The notes under the pieces were generated by a model that made no database searches, had not been told where the DNA came from, and saw only the letters and a program-made list of their open reading frames with translations. A DNA stretch of 63,963 bases, filler included, from a bacterium (GTDB lineage Bacteria > UBA9089 > CG2-30-40-21 > SBAY01), in assembly GCA_040757115.1 (NCBI GenBank). It is 6 parts of 6 records of this genome, joined end to end, with 100 filler letters (N's around TTAATTAATTAA, not from the genome) between each part and the next. Parts side by side here need not be neighbours in the genome. Positions count along the whole stretch, not along the records: positions 56,498 to 63,963 come from JBFLYA010000183.1; 5 more parts are not named here. One strand, given 5' to 3'. Within the stretch, counting starts at the first letter, position 1. The number at the start of each line of letters is the position of its first letter. Positions 61,301 through 63,963 of this stretch are shown here, piece by piece. The position numbers were made by a program, and so were the translations under genes.

Positions 61301-63507
61301 ATAACAGGTGGAGTAGCATCAATTACAATTTCCTCTTGACTGCGTATGCCATTATTTTCAGCATTGTTACCTGCAGAACTAAAATAACCATAGAAATAGC
61401 TTGTTGTATCGTCTTTTTGTTTTATAGTATATAAATTAGAATATACACCATCTCCGGCTATTACATCTTTATGAGTAACAGCTCCATTATCATAAAGAGA
61501 AATACCTTGCACAATTAAACCCATATCAGTGTAGGCTGCTCCTCCCATAGCAAAAGAGGCAATTATACCTTTAATCTCTCCCAGTCCCTGGTAATCATTG
61601 ACTAATTTACCAAAATAAATATTAGCATTAGAAGCCTCAAACCTACCACTTTGTGAAGCAGTTCCTAACCAGATATGGGCATCATTATTATCATATACTA
61701 CCACCATTGTTCCTGTAGCTATTCTTGGATCCTCAAATATTACCGCCGTAGTCGTTCGCGTTGGCTGTCCCAGTGTATTTAATATGTTTACTGCCGTTAG
61801 ATTAATAATAACCTCATCATCTATTTTCATTACTTTTTTAACCCAGGTACCTTCTGTGATAGTAGATGTGGCAATATTGTTATAATCAGATACCGGGAAT
61901 CCGAAGAAAATATCGGCATTAGATACACTAATTTCTCCATCTTTACTTGCCGATGTTACCCAGCTACAAGAGTTATTTGTAATCTTTATCTTATCTCCTG
62001 TTTTAATATTATTTGAATAAATAGTCATAGTTGAAGTAGCCAGGGTAATATTATTTATTGTGAATGTCCCATTTTCTGGAGTTAATGTTTTTAATCTAAC
62101 AATTCTTGCTCCCGAGACAGGGGGGAACTCATTACCTCGCAAGGCAATAGTCCCAAAGATTTCATTGTTATTAATTGCAGGATTACCTGCTTTATCTTCA
62201 AAATAAGCCGAGTAGGCAAAAGTTCCCACATCTGTTTGGACAACTTTATAGTATTCCGCATATATTCCATTTCCACAGTCAATTAAATCTAATACCCTTG
62301 CATCAAAACTACATATTCCTATTCCCCCATCTGACTCTACTGAGTTGGTTCCAATCCAATCGGAAGATTGAAGCACGAAAATAATCTCCTGGTCCCGATA
62401 GCATGGATTTCCACCACTGTTATCTATCAGAAAATCAATCCTCGGTGGGGTATTATCTATCGTGACTAAGACAGTATCTTCCGCGGAATTACCTGCTGGG
62501 TCCTCTGCACTTAAATTTATTGTATGGGTACCTTCATCAAAAGCTACTCCATTTTCATCTAATCCTCCCCATATTACCCATTCAAAATAGTTCTGGGGTA
62601 TAGTTCCGGTCCCTCCTAATAATATTCTTCCGTCTATACTTAATTGATAAGATATAGGGTCTAATTCGTCATTTTGTAAAATAATAGTAGTAGTATCCTG
62701 TATTCCTGTTGAGGTGCCGGGAGAAAAAACATCATCGGATAAAGAAATGAATACTTTCATCGGAGCAGTTCTATCTATCCAAACATAACAAGTCTCTATA
62801 TTCGCTTGATTTCCTGCCTCATCCCATATATTTACCTGAACAGTATGTGTTCCTTCTAAGAAAGCCCTTCCATATTCATCGCATCCATCCCACACATAAG
62901 ATATATCAACATTTGCACTCATTGTTCCTGTTGGGTTAGAAGATGGTATCCTATTATCAATTAAAATCTCATATTTCCCCGTCTCATTACTTTTAAATGT
63001 AATAGTTGTAGTATCTTTCTGACCGGGTGAGGATTGTGGGGAAAAATATGGCTCTGAAACCACTAAAGCCAAAATTTCAGGTTGTTTATAATCAGCCTGG
63101 ATAGTTACAGTCCCCGGGTCACCACCATTATCCAGATCTACAACTATATCTGCAGTCTGGTAATTAACAAGTTGTAAGTTCTCATCACTCATTGCATCAG
63201 TAGAAATTTTCTGGATTATTCCCGTATATGTCCCATCATTAATCATTACATCCGGATCCCATCCATCATCCCTAAGTGTAAGTGTAAAAGTAGAGCCTGC
63301 TCTCGGAACAATAGTTACTTTTTTCTCCCCTCCCGTCATAGTTCCAGCATTAGCGGTTACAATTGCACTAGCACCATCTTTAAAACGTATACTCTCTCTC
63401 CCATCGCTATGGTATGTCTTAACTACATCTTGCGCACTCCAGGCACCCTGATTACTGAATCCAACTAATAACAAACCAATAAATATAGATTTTGATATAC
63501 TTTTCAT
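58378..63507 (-). CDS. Large secreted Ig-rich protein with FlgD-like domains and T9SS-like C-terminal domain
   Basis: Signal peptide; FSP..G..DTT..WDG.D..G..EG.H repeats; L.DDG..D..DG.Y motifs; terminal AYPNP..KIYT..G..V..W..N..G.KVATGLYIY..KLIVVQ. Confidence 0.88.
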   Translation of the reverse strand: MKSISKSIFIGLLLVGFSNQGAWSAQDVVKTYHSDGRESIRFKDGASAIVTANAGTMTGGEKKVTIVPRAGSTFTLTLRDDGWDPDVMINDGTYTGIIQKISTDAMSDENLQLVNYQTADIVVDLDNGGDPGTVTIQADYKQPEILALVVSEPYFSPQSSPGQKDTTTITFKSNETGKYEILIDNRIPSSNPTGTMSANVDISYVWDGCDEYGRAFLEGTHTVQVNIWDEAGNQANIETCYVWIDRTAPMKVFISLSDDVFSPGTSTGIQDTTTIILQNDELDPISYQLSIDGRILLGGTGTIPQNYFEWVIWGGLDENGVAFDEGTHTINLSAEDPAGNSAEDTVLVTIDNTPPRIDFLIDNSGGNPCYRDQEIIFVLQSSDWIGTNSVESDGGIGICSFDARVLDLIDCGNGIYAEYYKVVQTDVGTFAYSAYFEDKAGNPAINNNEIFGTIALRGNEFPPVSGARIVRLKTLTPENGTFTINNITLATSTMTIYSNNIKTGDKIKITNNSCSWVTSASKDGEISVSNADIFFGFPVSDYNNIATSTITEGTWVKKVMKIDDEVIINLTAVNILNTLGQPTRTTTAVIFEDPRIATGTMVVVYDNNDAHIWLGTASQSGRFEASNANIYFGKLVNDYQGLGEIKGIIASFAMGGAAYTDMGLIVQGISLYDNGAVTHKDVIAGDGVYSNLYTIKQKDDTTSYFYGYFSSAGNNAENNGIRSQEEIVIDATPPVITNFGAFPGIFRPGSENVTIKYTLLEIGSKVTIEIWKDNDRIRILTIPEPQYGDNCSATWDGKNLCGGLVKDGDYTFKINAVDTAGNKATERIGAIKASTINITITELKIDETEFTPTPQIEDDTDFWTNIHVTVEATKSQLENLGFEMDSEDIYTLPYLLVDFTCFDAQGNELRPLGLPDLNTGDSDDDPFTNGYPNYYTGPFGTETGWGWYPKLGTDLPDEGDGNKGNDWNTLVPLQRDPLDENQYYIDWGVGIKDWNIPNGTYIIRMQVELVGSCWKFIDYVRDPAENPIAEKWHQKPNHAKGYSRTSESVEGRVEVIHSPIIKPDYIAPVIVMTDPGANTIHEPTENISVISAQLMDQGGAGIDFGLSTIILKNSIGLVMPGVPSNNGIDTVKWTLETPLTLPDDYTIEVKPVDNAKNGADDTPQIFTFTILDRMGPEIFDILVDSTVLKDKDIFGPNVIQKITVTLSEIETGKSKVDFASSKIIVKKQSTGEEDEPNKLFGGSRREEKINETENSGRIIYENLTIDEGGTYTIWVEAWDKTPSGNNSYSPKLTFYVSVEGYIYVYFNYPGLGTKTYLEIPPDTKADTYATSGVTVSTNTISIKQGTITPNEGYTAIDPAIEFWWFNTEHTDITLDPPVGNISLTMYYGHKLPLPIGITEDNLAIWRYNGTMWEKISGVNDIDKNNNKITVNLPEYPDVSLEDSYAIMYSTPKAVEVQYYHYQYKKWVTCLKIPESTTVNGSPVGTDTVTAGTSTTTRTGYVVVKPVVQFFLKDTPDVKTMVFNNEVELIMYYTQDDVKDLSQRSLTEADLAIYEYDGTNWAKITTAHLDQDNKQMTYKTKIIRKMYAIMYVIPEITEKPETFKESVFAYPNPTKGGRVTFRYDLIRDAKVTLKIYTIMGDEVWTKEYSSASPQGKQGSHGVYPAGNDAIFWNCENNAGKKVATGLYIYRLTAADESGEVTVTKKLIVVQ

Positions 63508-63540
63508 TTGTTTTTTACTCCTTTTTTTGAAATTTATCAG

Positions 63541-63716
63541 CCTTTCACGAAATTCATAGCTCCTTGATTAACAAGAAGTTACAAATACGCTTTTTTCTTA
63601 TTGCCCTTCTACTATATAACTCCTTGTGCCTTTCACGAAATTCACAACATGTTGATTTGCTTGTAGTTACAGATGCACTCTTTTTCTTATTGTCCTCCTG
63701 CCATCTAACTCCTTGA
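63541..63716. repeat. Degenerate ~88-bp tandem duplication upstream of the large secreted protein
   Basis: CCTTTCACGAAATTCA...TTTTTCTTATTG...TAACTCCTTG at 63541 and 63629. Confidence 0.65.
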
Positions 63717-63963
63717 TTTCAAAAGAGTTGCAAACGTCAATTTCTTGCTTTTTTTTAATTTTCACCCCTTTTAAATAGGGGTGGAGGGCAATTTTACTTT
63801 TTCCCCTCTACCCAGAGGGAGGCTACACTTACCCCCGGTTTCCAGGCAATTCCCCCTTAATAAAGGGGGTTAGGGGGTTGTGATTGTTCAATCCATCCTT
63901 CAATTGCCCTTAAAACATTGTCTATATCTTTCTTTACATCACTATCATTGAATCTTATGAGAG

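Noticed and set aside
63765-63880. C-rich/G-rich inverted tracts as an ncRNA
   Set aside because: They look like generic REP-type palindromes; no recognisable RNA family. No tRNA or rRNA was seen anywhere in the window.

Overview
Low-GC bacterial draft-genome window, probably a MAG. It is not one locus: six contigs are joined by 100-bp N/TTAATTAATTAA/N linkers (11429-11528, 22945-23044, 34204-34303, 45302-45401, 56398-56497) in descending length order. There are also two internal 100-N scaffold gaps (39562-39661, 51809-51908). Housekeeping content: yceD-rpmF-plsX-fabH-fabD-fabG-acpP-fabF-rnc operon, an IDH/IPMDH-family enzyme, pilT, an AddB-like nuclease, mfd, dxs, thrS-infC-rpmI-rplT, a nitrilase and pilB. 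Accessory content: two very large surface proteins with T9SS-like C-terminal domains plus a PorV-like barrel; a polymorphic toxin with immunity gene and an orphan duplicate module; a CHAT protease with a small hydrophobic partner; a Schlafen/AlbA_2 plus aspartic-protease gene pair; and a broken AccI-type endonuclease with attC-like sites. The most striking signal is pervasive period-7 (and period-9) tandem arrays arranged as inverted pairs. They bracket three unrelated four-helix-bundle (IVS/Avd-like) genes inserted in core operons. They also occur as empty hairpins just 5' of Shine-Dalgarno sites, invade coding sequence in frame, and nest inside at least four MITE families. All family assignments come from motif recognition by eye, not database searches.
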